Positions 39,561 to 50,537 of a DNA stretch of 64,000 nucleotides are shown piece after piece (within the stretch, counting starts at the first letter, position 1; each line of letters starts with the position of its first letter). The notes beneath the pieces were generated by a model. It was not told the origin of the DNA. It made no database searches and was given only the letters and a program-made list of their open reading frames with translations. The position numbers and the translations under genes are program-made. This DNA is from Steroidobacteraceae bacterium (GTDB taxonomy: Bacteria; Pseudomonadota; Gammaproteobacteria; Steroidobacterales; Steroidobacteraceae), in the NCBI GenBank assembly GCA_036270915.1, contig DATBBQ010000077.1:30881-94880 (forward strand). The letters are read 5' to 3'.

Positions 39561-40565
39561 ATGCGCGATTATAGCGGCCACCGACGACCGACCGCCCGTG
39601 CGACCCACGACCCGATCATTCGTCGCCGAGACACGCACGTGCGCGCCGAAGACGAACCCCTGACACAGCCGGCGCCCGCCGCCGCGGCACCGTTCGTCCT
39701 GCCCGCGGGCGGCGCGCGCCCCTACCTGGTGTTCGTACGCGCCGGCGCGCAGTCGCTGCACCGCCGCCTGATCGCCGAGGACCCGCAGCGCAACTGGGAC
39801 TGCTGTGTCAGCTGGTACGTGCCGCCGATCGCCGAGCAGCTCGCCGAGTACTACAGCAGCGGCGCCGGGGCGTTCAACAAGCTCGAGGGGTTCCTCGAGT
39901 TCTGGCGACGACGGCCCCAGCCGTGGCCGTACCGCTACACGCTCATGTTCGACGACGACCTGTACGTGCGGCCCGGCGACCTGTCGCGCTTCTTCGCGCT
40001 CTGCGACCGCTACCACACCTACGTCTCGCAGCCCGCGCTGCGCTGGTTCACGCACACGACGCTCAACGTGCTGGTGCGCAACCCCGCCTGCGTGCTGCGG
40101 CGCGTGACCCTGGTGGAGGTCATGGCGCCCTGCTTCTCGGCCGCGGCACTCGAGCGCCTGGTGCACACCTTCGACTGGACCAAGAGCACCTGGGGCATCG
40201 ACCTCGCCTGGGGAGGTGAGCTGCAGGGCAGGGAGTCGCTGTACGTGGTCGACGCCATCGCCATGGATCACACGCGCACCGGCGACGGCCGGCCGACGCC
40301 CTTCTACCTCAAGCTGCTCTCGCTCGGGGTCGACCCGCAGGCCGAGCTCGAGCGGGTGCGCGCGCGCTATCCGGCCTTTCCGGGGCACCGCAATGAGCCC
40401 GACGGGCACGTCTACCGCCCGGGGCTTCCGGCGCCGCTCGCGCCGGCCGCGATGTGGCTGTTCGAGCGGCTGAAGTTCGTCGTCCGGGCGCGCAAGAAGC
40501 TGGCGCGCGCCTGGCGCGACACCCGCGCCCGGCTCGAGGATCGCCGGCACCGGCGCGCGACCTGA
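39561..40565 (+). CDS. DUF707 (PF05212)-like protein, putative glycosyltransferase-fold enzyme
   Basis: YRYTLMFDDDLYV, VSQPAL, VEVMAPCFS and WGIDLAW mirror the conserved DUF707 blocks (WDEDL, ISQPAL, VEIMAPVFS, GWGLD). An alternative GTG start at 39639 would remove a basic, low-complexity N-terminus. Confidence 0.65.
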   Translation: MRDYSGHRRPTARATHDPIIRRRDTHVRAEDEPLTQPAPAAAAPFVLPAGGARPYLVFVRAGAQSLHRRLIAEDPQRNWDCCVSWYVPPIAEQLAEYYSSGAGAFNKLEGFLEFWRRRPQPWPYRYTLMFDDDLYVRPGDLSRFFALCDRYHTYVSQPALRWFTHTTLNVLVRNPACVLRRVTLVEVMAPCFSAAALERLVHTFDWTKSTWGIDLAWGGELQGRESLYVVDAIAMDHTRTGDGRPTPFYLKLLSLGVDPQAELERVRARYPAFPGHRNEPDGHVYRPGLPAPLAPAAMWLFERLKFVVRARKKLARAWRDTRARLEDRRHRRAT

Positions 40566-40573
40566 AGCGCATT

Positions 40574-41638
40574 TCAGCCCGTGAGCAGCGCGCGCCAGTG
40601 CGCCGCCACGGTGCTCAGGTGAAAGCGCGGATCGGGGCCGACGCGCGGACGGGCGCCTGCGTGCCAGGCGCGTATGCGCTCCACGAATTCGTCAAAGAGT
40701 CCCGCCGCCGCGGCGAGCCGGGCCGGCCCCCGCCGCCAGCCGGGCGAGAGCCCGCCGAGCGCGCGCTCGTACACCCGATAGGCGCCCCGCATGGGCAGCA
40801 CTTCCTCGCGGTCGTTGAGCACCTCGAGCGCCGCCCCGCAGTCGACGGTGAGCACCGGCGTTCCCAGGGCATGCGACTCGGCAAATACCAGACCGAAGGT
40901 CTCGGGTATGAGGAAGTTGGGAAAGAACGTGCACAGCGCGCCGCGCACCACGGCGTGCACGCGCGCCTGCGGCAGCGCGCCGAGCAGCTCCACTCCCGGC
41001 AGGCGCGCGATGCGGTCGGACTTGTAGCCGGGATTGGCCACCAGCAGGCGCACGCTCGGGAGCGCGCGGCGCACGGCGGCGAAGGCATCGAGGGCGAAGT
41101 TCAGCCCCTTGTTGGGCGAGGAGAAGAACACCAGCCTGCCGGCATCGACCGCGCTGCCGTCGGGTTGCAGATCGTCCGCCACCGGGTTGTAGATGGTGAG
41201 CGCGCGCACCTCATTGCTCACGCCGATGCGCGCGAGCGTCGCCTCGACGCCGCGCCGCTGGGCGTCCGAGACGCACACCACCGTGACCGCCATCTCGCGC
41301 AGCAGCGCGGCGGTCGAGGCGAGACGCCGGCCGCGCTTGGAGCCGGGGTTGAGCTGATCGTGTACCCACAGGTACACGCGCGCCTGCGGGAAGAGCTCGC
41401 GCACCCTGGACAGGGCGCGCGAATCGCGGTTGAGCACCACGCGCTCGATCCCCGGCAGGCGCTGCGGCGGCAGATAACGCCCCCAGGCCTCGCCGCGGTT
41501 GTGCTGCATCACGAAGGCGCCGAGCGCGTCAGCGACGCGCGTGACGCTCGCCTCGGTGCCGCCCGTGGCCTTGTCCGCGAGCGTGCGCGTGTCGTAGGGC
41601 TTCTGACACGTTGGATCGAAGAACAGCAGCGAACTCAT
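40574..41638 (-). CDS. glycosyltransferase, GT4 (group 1) family
   Basis: GT-B C-terminal block ..FFPNFLIPETFGLVFAESHALGTPVLT.. (EX7E-type). Confidence 0.8.
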   Translation of the reverse strand: MSSLLFFDPTCQKPYDTRTLADKATGGTEASVTRVADALGAFVMQHNRGEAWGRYLPPQRLPGIERVVLNRDSRALSRVRELFPQARVYLWVHDQLNPGSKRGRRLASTAALLREMAVTVVCVSDAQRRGVEATLARIGVSNEVRALTIYNPVADDLQPDGSAVDAGRLVFFSSPNKGLNFALDAFAAVRRALPSVRLLVANPGYKSDRIARLPGVELLGALPQARVHAVVRGALCTFFPNFLIPETFGLVFAESHALGTPVLTVDCGAALEVLNDREEVLPMRGAYRVYERALGGLSPGWRRGPARLAAAAGLFDEFVERIRAWHAGARPRVGPDPRFHLSTVAAHWRALLTG

Positions 41639-41682
41639 TCGCGCTATTCTATGCGCGATCCCGTAACAACGAGCGGTGCGGC

Positions 41683-42450
41683 GTGGCGAGCCACAGCAAC
41701 CTGTCGGCCTGCATCATCACCTACAACGAAGCCGACCGTATCGAGGCCTGCCTGCGCTCGCTGAGCTTCTGCGACGAACTGCTGGTCGTCGACTCGCACT
41801 CGAGCGACGGCACGCGCGAGCTGGCGAGCGCGCTCGGCGCACGCGTCATCGCGCGCGACTGGCCGGGCTATCGCTCGCAGAAGCAGTTCGCCGTCGACTC
41901 GGCCGCACACGACTGGGTGTTGTGCGTGGACGCGGACGAGCGCGTCAGCGACGAGCTGCGCGCTGAGATCGTCGCCCTCAGGGAACGCGGCTTCGCGGGC
42001 GCCGCCGGCTGGTCGGTGCCGCGGATCACCGAGTACTTCGGCCGCTTCCTGCGCCACGGCAACGCCTACCCCGACCGTCTGGTGCGGCTCTTCGACCGCC
42101 GGCGCGGTGGCTGGAGCGGGGAGGAGATCCACGAGAACACCAAGGTGACGGGGCGCATCGGCCGACTCTCCGGTCACCTCGAGCACTTCTCCTACCGCAG
42201 TCTCAGCGACCATCTCTCGCGCATGCAGCGCTACGCGGACCTCATGGCGCAGGCGCTCTACGAGCGCGGTCGGCGCTGCGGCCTCACCCCGGTGCTCGTG
42301 AACCCGCAATGGCGCTTCGTGCGCGGCTACCTGCTGCGCCTCGGCTTTCTCGACGGCTGGCGCGGCCTGGTGTTCGCCCTCATCGAGGCCAACTACGTGC
42401 GCCGCAAGTACCTGGGGCTATTCATGCGCAGCCGGGGGCTGCCGGGCTGA
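41683..42450 (+). CDS. glycosyltransferase family 2 (WaaE/KdtX-like LPS core glycosyltransferase)
   Basis: LSACIITYNEADRIEACLRSL..DELLVVDSHSSDGT...CVDADERV (DxD). GTG 41683 is chosen, giving about 255 aa. The longer ORF from 41611 would overlap the divergent GT4 start. Confidence 0.8.
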   Translation: MASHSNLSACIITYNEADRIEACLRSLSFCDELLVVDSHSSDGTRELASALGARVIARDWPGYRSQKQFAVDSAAHDWVLCVDADERVSDELRAEIVALRERGFAGAAGWSVPRITEYFGRFLRHGNAYPDRLVRLFDRRRGGWSGEEIHENTKVTGRIGRLSGHLEHFSYRSLSDHLSRMQRYADLMAQALYERGRRCGLTPVLVNPQWRFVRGYLLRLGFLDGWRGLVFALIEANYVRRKYLGLFMRSRGLPG

Positions 42451-43011
42451 CCAGGCGGCGACCTGGGCGAGCCGCCGCTGCGGGTCGTCCATCTCGAGGA
42501 GTTCGAGGCGCTCGGCGGCCGCGAGCGGCAGCACTTCCGCCCAGCGATTCGCGACCCAGCCGGCATCGTCGTAGTAGGCGTCGACGTGCGCGTAGCCGCG
42601 ACCGAGCTTGGGCAGGAGTTCGCGCAGCAGATCGCCCAGGTGCGCGTACTCGGGCGGCACGGTGCTCGCCTCCTCGGCGGGCAGGAACTGCACGTCCGCG
42701 AGGTTCAGTCCATCATCCTGTTGCCAGCGCCTGAGGATGCGGAAGCGTTGCTCGCCGAGGCAGGTGATGCCGAGCAGGCCATCGGGCAGGGGATCGAAAT
42801 CCACGATGCGCCCGCTCGTGCCGATCGCGGCGACGGTGAGCGCGGTGCCCGCCTCGACTCCCTCGAGGATCAGCACGACCCCGAAGCGACCCTGCTCCTT
42901 CAGGCAGCGGCCGACCATGTCCAGGTAGCGCGGCTCGAACACGCGCAGCGCCAGGGGCCCCCCGGGGTAGAGCACGGTGTTCAACGGGAACAGCGGCAGC
43001 TGTGCGTCCAT
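42418..43011 (-). CDS. LON substrate-binding (Lon N-terminal) domain protein
   Basis: LPLFPLNTVLYPGGPLALRVFEPRYLDMV is the hallmark of PF02190. 197 aa with no ATPase or protease part. Confidence 0.85.
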   Translation of the reverse strand: MDAQLPLFPLNTVLYPGGPLALRVFEPRYLDMVGRCLKEQGRFGVVLILEGVEAGTALTVAAIGTSGRIVDFDPLPDGLLGITCLGEQRFRILRRWQQDDGLNLADVQFLPAEEASTVPPEYAHLGDLLRELLPKLGRGYAHVDAYYDDAGWVANRWAEVLPLAAAERLELLEMDDPQRRLAQVAAWSARQPPAAHE

Positions 43012-43015
43012 GCGC

Positions 43016-44383
43016 CTACTGCGTGCGCGCGAGCTCGCCGAGGAGCTTGCCGTGCAGACCGCCGAAGCCACCGTTGCTCATGATGAGTACATGATCGCCC
43101 GCGCGCACGCTCGAAGCCAGATCGCGTGCCAGCACGTCGACGTCGTCGCGGACCCTGGCGCGCGCGCCGAGAGCGCGCGTCACCTCGCCCACGTCCCAGC
43201 CCAGATCGGCGGGGGCGTACAGCCAGACCTCGTCGGCCGTGCCGAGGGCGGGGGCGAGCGTGTCGCGGTGCACGCCCATGCGCATGGTATGCGAGCGAGG
43301 CTCGAGAACCGCGACGATGCGCGCCGTGCCCACCTTGCGGCGCAGCGCGTCGATGGTGTTCGTGATCGCCGTCGGGTGATGCGCAAAGTCATCGTACACG
43401 CGCACACCGCGCACCTCGCCGCGCAGCTGCATGCGGCGCGCGATGCCCCTGAAGTCCCGCAGCGCGGCGCACGCATCCGCGACGCCGACGCCGGCGTGGC
43501 GCGCGGCGGCGATCGCCGCGAGCGCGTTCTCCATGTTGTGCGCCCCGAGCAGCGGCCACGCGACGCGGCCCCGGGCGACGCCGCCTTCGAGCACCTCGAA
43601 TTGCGAGAAGTCATCGTTACCGCGTGCGCCCCACAGGACGCCCTCCCCCGGTGCGCGCGCAAAGGCCTCGAGCGGCGTCCAGCAGCCCATCGCGAGGGTC
43701 TCCCTGAGCAGCGGGTCGGCTCCGTTCCACACGATCCGGCCGCCGCCCGGCACGATGCGCACCAGGTGATGGAACTGGCGCTGGATGGCAGCCACGTCGG
43801 GATAGATATCGGCGTGGTCGTACTCGAGGTTGTTCAGGATGAGCGTGCGCGGACGGTAGTGGACGAACTTGGCGCGCTTGTCAAAGAAGGCGGTGTCGTA
43901 CTCGTCGGCCTCGATGACGAAGAACGGCTTGTTGCCGAGGCGAGCGCTCACGCCGAAGTTGGCGGGCACCCCGCCGATCAGGAAGCCCGGCTCAAGACCT
44001 GCGTGCTCGAGGATCCAGGCGAGGAGCGAGGACGTCGTCGTCTTGCCGTGCGTGCCGGCTACCGCCAGCACCCAGCGGTCCTTGAGCACCTCGCGGCTGA
44101 GCCACTCGGGGCCGGAGGCGTACGGCAGGCCGCGCTCGAGCAGCTCCTCGATGACCGGCATGCCGCGCGTCATGACGTTACCGACCACGACCATGTCGGG
44201 GGCCGGGGTGAGCTGGCCGGCCTCGAACCCCTCGGTGAGCTCGATGCCGAGCGCCTGCAGCTGCGTGCTCATGGGCGGATAGACGTTGCGGTCCGAGCCG
44301 GTGACGCGAAAGCCGGCGGCGCGCGCGATGGCGGCGATGCCGCCCATGAACGTGCCGCAGATGCCGAGGATATGAATGTGCAT
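43016..44383 (-). CDS. mpl: UDP-N-acetylmuramate:L-alanyl-gamma-D-glutamyl-meso-DAP ligase
   Basis: MHIHILGICGTFMGGIAAIARAAGF.VTGSD and ..AVAGTHGKTTTSS.. Confidence 0.95.
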   Translation of the reverse strand: MHIHILGICGTFMGGIAAIARAAGFRVTGSDRNVYPPMSTQLQALGIELTEGFEAGQLTPAPDMVVVGNVMTRGMPVIEELLERGLPYASGPEWLSREVLKDRWVLAVAGTHGKTTTSSLLAWILEHAGLEPGFLIGGVPANFGVSARLGNKPFFVIEADEYDTAFFDKRAKFVHYRPRTLILNNLEYDHADIYPDVAAIQRQFHHLVRIVPGGGRIVWNGADPLLRETLAMGCWTPLEAFARAPGEGVLWGARGNDDFSQFEVLEGGVARGRVAWPLLGAHNMENALAAIAAARHAGVGVADACAALRDFRGIARRMQLRGEVRGVRVYDDFAHHPTAITNTIDALRRKVGTARIVAVLEPRSHTMRMGVHRDTLAPALGTADEVWLYAPADLGWDVGEVTRALGARARVRDDVDVLARDLASSVRAGDHVLIMSNGGFGGLHGKLLGELARTQ

Positions 44384-44391
44384 GATCTGTT

Positions 44392-44907
44392 CTAAGGCCT
44401 CTCAGGGTTCAGCACGGCGAGCACCAGCAGGCCGCCGATGAGCAGCTGCAGGAGCGTGATGCCGACGCTGGCACCGGTGGTCCACTCGAGCGCCGCCTTG
44501 ACGATGCGGCTGCTCGCGATGATCAGCCAGATGACGATCACGAACGCGGCCGTCACGATCGGCAGTGCGGTCGGTGAGTCCTGCGGAAAGCGCAGCAGGA
44601 GCACGTCGGCGCCGAGCTGCAGGGGCGACAGCACCAGCTGCACCGCGAACAGGCCCGTGAGCGTCTGCAGCGTGCGTTCCGGCCGGCCGACGAGCCGCAG
44701 CAGCACGGCATACCAGGCCACGGTGAACGCGGCGTACAGCACTCCCTGCGCCGGCAGCTGCTGGCGTGGCGCGATCGCGGAGGCGAGCAGGAACAGCACC
44801 AGGTAGGCGCCGATTGTCAGGACCAGGAGCAGCGGCGAGGCCGGCAGATCCTGCGGACCGCGGCGCAGGAGCGTGATATCCGTGAAGAGCCTGACGAGCT
44901 CCCTCAT
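44392..44907 (-). CDS. hypothetical inner-membrane protein (about 4-5 TM helices)
   Basis: ATG 44907. Hydrophobic segments follow MRELVRLFTDITLLRRGPQDLP. I recognise no family. Confidence 0.55.
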   Translation of the reverse strand: MRELVRLFTDITLLRRGPQDLPASPLLLVLTIGAYLVLFLLASAIAPRQQLPAQGVLYAAFTVAWYAVLLRLVGRPERTLQTLTGLFAVQLVLSPLQLGADVLLLRFPQDSPTALPIVTAAFVIVIWLIIASSRIVKAALEWTTGASVGITLLQLLIGGLLVLAVLNPERP

Positions 44908-44981
44908 AATTGCCTTGCGGACCGGCGCGGCCCTCGCATAATGCGGCGCCGCAATTGTACAGGTCATCGGCGCAGCCCGTT

Positions 44982-46061
44982 TTGTCCATCGTCACGAAAC
45001 CAGCGGACCTCGCGGAGCTCGCCGCACGGCTCGCCGCTCAGCCGCGCATCGGCCTCGACACCGAATTTCTCCGCGAGCGCACCTACCGCGCGCAGCTGTG
45101 CCTGCTGCAGGTGTCGGCGGGCGACGAGGCGGCCTGCATCGATCCGCTCGCGCTCGCGGAGCTGGCGCCGCTCGCGGCGACGCTCACGGCCGCAACGCCG
45201 GTGAAGGTGATGCACGCCTCGCGCCAGGACCTCGAGGTGCTGCTGCCGGTGACCGGCCTCACCCGACCCGTGTTCGACACGCAGATCGCCGCGGCGCTCA
45301 CGGGTCTGCCGGCGCAGATCGGCTACGCGGAGCTCGTACGTCGCCTCCTCGGGCGCGAGCTCGCCAAGTCGCATACGCGCACCGACTGGGCACGCCGACC
45401 GCTCTCGCCCGCGCAACTGGACTACGCGCTCGATGACGTGCGCTTCCTGCTGCCGCTCGCCGAGCGCCTGGAGGAGGAACTCGCGCGCCTCGGGCGCCTC
45501 GAATGGCTGCGCGAGGAACTCGCCGAGCTCGAGGACCCACAGGGCCTCAGTGTCCATCCCGAGAACGCCTGGCAGCGCCTGAGGGGCCTGCGCGAGCTCG
45601 ACCCGGCGCGCGCGCGCCTGGTGCGCTTACTGGCCGCCTGGCGCGAGCGCAGCGCGATCGCCCACGATCGCCCGCGCGGCTGGATCCTCGATGACCTCGT
45701 GCTGCGGGAGATCGTCATGCGCGTGCCGCGCACGAGCCAGGAGCTCGCCGCCATCCCGGAGATGCCACCCGGGCTGGTGAAGCGACGCGGGGATGAGCTG
45801 CTCGCGTGCGTCACCGCCGCCGGCATTGCCGAGCCGCCGCCCCCCCTGCCCGGCCGTACGCGTCCGGATCCGCTGAAGGGGGCGCTGGTGAAGAAACTCA
45901 CCGCTCTCAGCCAGGCGGTCGCGACGCAGCTGAATCTCGCGCCCGAGGTGCTCGCCACGCGCCGCGAACTCGAGCAGCTGGTCGACGGGCGGCGCGACGG
46001 GGCGCTGCTTCGCGGCTGGCGCCGCGGGGCGATCGGCGAGCGGCTGCTCGCGGCGCTCTAG
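44982..46061 (+). CDS. rnd: ribonuclease D
   Basis: IGLDTEFLRERTYRAQLCLLQV (DEDD exonuclease motif I), ..ALDDV.. and a C-terminal HRDC-like region. Only TTG starts are available in frame (44910, 44955, 44982), so the start is uncertain. Confidence 0.85.
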   Translation: MSIVTKPADLAELAARLAAQPRIGLDTEFLRERTYRAQLCLLQVSAGDEAACIDPLALAELAPLAATLTAATPVKVMHASRQDLEVLLPVTGLTRPVFDTQIAAALTGLPAQIGYAELVRRLLGRELAKSHTRTDWARRPLSPAQLDYALDDVRFLLPLAERLEEELARLGRLEWLREELAELEDPQGLSVHPENAWQRLRGLRELDPARARLVRLLAAWRERSAIAHDRPRGWILDDLVLREIVMRVPRTSQELAAIPEMPPGLVKRRGDELLACVTAAGIAEPPPPLPGRTRPDPLKGALVKKLTALSQAVATQLNLAPEVLATRRELEQLVDGRRDGALLRGWRRGAIGERLLAAL

Positions 46062-46865
46062 TCAGCGGCGCGCGCGGCGCGCGCGTGCGCTGGCGCGTGT
46101 CTTGCGTGCGGGGGACTTGGCCTTTGCCTTGCGGGCGGGCGCGGCGCGCGGTCGCTTCTTGGCCGCCGGCCGCCGGGCGGCTGCTTTGGCCTTGGGCGCG
46201 CGCGCCAGCGCGGGCACGCCGAGCACGTGCGCCAGGCGGCGGGTCACCGTGTCCACCTGACCCTCGGCGTCGATGACGCGCAGCATTCCGCGCGCGCGAT
46301 AGAAGTCGATGAGCGGACGCGTCTTCTCGTCATAGACGCGCAGCCGCTCGGCGACCGTGGCCTCGTTGTCATCGGGCCGCTGCACGAGCCGGTGCGGCCG
46401 CCCGGTCTTCGGGCACAGCGCCTGCGCGCCGCGCGGCGGGGAAGTAAGCAGGTTGAACACGCGGCCGCAGTCGGCGCAGGTGCGCCGCCCGGAGATGCGC
46501 CGCACCAGTTCCGCGGAGTCCACTTCCAGCTGCACCACGGCATCGAGCGGCTGGCGCAGCGACTCCAGCAGGTGATCGAGCGCGTGCGCCTGCGCGAGGT
46601 TGCGCGGAAAGCCGTCGAGGATGAAGCCCTTGCGGGTGTCGCGCTCCGCGAGGCGCTCGCGGATCATGCCGAGCACGAGCGAGTCATCCACCAGCCGCCC
46701 GCCGTCCATCGCTTCCTTCGCCTGACGGCCAAGCTCGGTGCCCTTGGCGACCGCGGCGCGCAGCAGGTCGCCGGTGGAGATCTGCGGGATACCGACCCGT
46801 TCCACGAGACGCTGCGACTGGGTGCCCTTGCCCGAGCCGGGCGCCCCCAACAAAACGATGCGCAT
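46062..46865 (-). CDS. adk: adenylate kinase with a roughly 50-aa Lys/Arg/Ala/Pro-rich C-terminal extension
   Basis: MRIVLLGAPGSGKGTQ P-loop, FILDGFPRN, and LID segment CADCGRVF..CPKTG. The core ends near ..RRLAHVLG, followed by the tail PKAKAAARRPAAKKRPRAAPARKAKAKSPARKTRASARARRARR. Confidence 0.93.
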   Translation of the reverse strand: MRIVLLGAPGSGKGTQSQRLVERVGIPQISTGDLLRAAVAKGTELGRQAKEAMDGGRLVDDSLVLGMIRERLAERDTRKGFILDGFPRNLAQAHALDHLLESLRQPLDAVVQLEVDSAELVRRISGRRTCADCGRVFNLLTSPPRGAQALCPKTGRPHRLVQRPDDNEATVAERLRVYDEKTRPLIDFYRARGMLRVIDAEGQVDTVTRRLAHVLGVPALARAPKAKAAARRPAAKKRPRAAPARKAKAKSPARKTRASARARRARR

Positions 46866-47023
46866 GTGCGTGCAGTCAAAGCCGCTGCCGATGGGCAGCA
46901 CAAAGGTCCGCAACGTTACCGGCCGTTCCGGGGGGCGTCAAACACCCGCCTTCGGCGGCGCGCGCACGCCCCGGGCGCGTGCGCTATTCTTCCCGCCCCG
47001 TCAAGCCCGCCAGCGCCAACGCC

Positions 47024-48295
47024 ATGAAAAAACCGGGTCCAAAGAACGCCTTCTACGCCCAGTCCGGCGGGGTCTCCGCCGTCATCAACGCCTCGGCCTG
47101 CGGTGTGATCGAGGCCGCCCGGCGCGCGAAGCCGATCGGCAAGGTCTATGCCGGCCGGGACGGCATCATCGGCGCGCTCACCGAGGACCTGATCGACGTG
47201 AGCCGCGAGACCCCCGCGACCATCCGGGGGCTCAAATACACCCCCGCCGGGGCCTTCGGCTCCGCGCGCTTCAAGCTCAAGGGGATCGACCAGAACCGGG
47301 CCGAGTACGAGCGGCTGATCGAGGTCTTCCGCGCGCACGATATCGGCTACTTCTTCTACAACGGCGGCAACGACTCGATGGATACGGCGCTCAAGGTCTC
47401 GCAGATCGGCGCCTCGCTCGGCTACCCGATCACCTGCCTCGGCGTGCCCAAGACCGTCGACAACGACCTGCCGCACACCGACTGCTGCCCGGGCTTCGGC
47501 TCGGTGGCCAAGTACGTCGCCGTGTCAACGCGCGAAGCGGCGCTCGACGTCGCCTCCATGGCGCGCACGTCCACGCGCGTCTTCGTGCTCGAGGTGATGG
47601 GGCGGCATGCGGGCTGGATCGCCGCAGCCGCCGGGCTCGCCGGCCGCGGCCCGGCCGAGCCCCCGCACGTCATTCTCTTCCCCGAGGTGCCCTTCGAGCG
47701 CGAGAAGTTCCTGGCGCGCGTGCGCGAGTGTGTGAGCGAGTACGGCTACTGCGTGATCGTGGTCTCCGAGGGCGCGGCCTATGCCGACGGCAAATTCCTC
47801 GCCGATGCCGGCACGCGCGACGCCTTCGGCCACACGCAGCTCGGTGGCGTAGCCCCGGTCGTAGCCAACATGGTGCGCGAGGCGCACGGCTACAAGTACC
47901 ACTGGGCGGTCGCCGACTACCTGCAGCGCGCCGCGCGCCACATCGCCTCCAAGGTCGACGTCGAGCAGGCGTACGCGGTCGGCAAGGCCGCGGTCGAGCT
48001 CGCCGCCAAGGGCGTAAACGCCGTGATGCCCATCATCGTGCGCAAGTCCGCCAAGCCCTACCGCTGGACGATCGGCCACGTGCCGCTCGCCGAAGTTGCC
48101 AACAAGGAAAAGAAGGTCCCCGCCGATTACATCCGCGCCGACGGCTTCGGCATCACCGAGGCCGCGCGCCGCTACCTCGAGCCGCTCATCGCCGGGGAAG
48201 CCTACCCGCCCTACAAGAACGGCCTGCCGGATTACGTGAAGATCAAGGGTGTCAGGGTACGGCGGCGCCTCAAGAACGAATTCAAGCTGTCATGA
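47024..48295 (+). CDS. pfp: 6-phosphofructokinase, probably pyrophosphate-dependent
   Basis: PFK fold: NAFYAQSGGVSAVINAS, FFYNGGNDSMDTA (Asp where ATP-PFKs have the second Gly of GGDGS) and VPKTVDNDL. Confidence 0.85.
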   Translation: MKKPGPKNAFYAQSGGVSAVINASACGVIEAARRAKPIGKVYAGRDGIIGALTEDLIDVSRETPATIRGLKYTPAGAFGSARFKLKGIDQNRAEYERLIEVFRAHDIGYFFYNGGNDSMDTALKVSQIGASLGYPITCLGVPKTVDNDLPHTDCCPGFGSVAKYVAVSTREAALDVASMARTSTRVFVLEVMGRHAGWIAAAAGLAGRGPAEPPHVILFPEVPFEREKFLARVRECVSEYGYCVIVVSEGAAYADGKFLADAGTRDAFGHTQLGGVAPVVANMVREAHGYKYHWAVADYLQRAARHIASKVDVEQAYAVGKAAVELAAKGVNAVMPIIVRKSAKPYRWTIGHVPLAEVANKEKKVPADYIRADGFGITEAARRYLEPLIAGEAYPPYKNGLPDYVKIKGVRVRRRLKNEFKLS

Positions 48296-48391
48296 CGCGC
48301 TGCGGCGCTCGCTGAAGGCAAGCCCGGCGGCGTCGGCGACCCCGGGTCGTCATGTTATAGTGCGCGGCCTTTTTTTGCGGAGGTTCTCTCG

Positions 48392-50446
<2,055 letters not shown>

Positions 50447-50537
50447 AGCGGCCGGCCCGGCTGGCGCGCGAGAGGCCGGACTGCGCCGCGCGGGCGCTGA
50501 AGCAACGCTCGCCGGCGCCTTCGCCCCGGCTGGAAAT

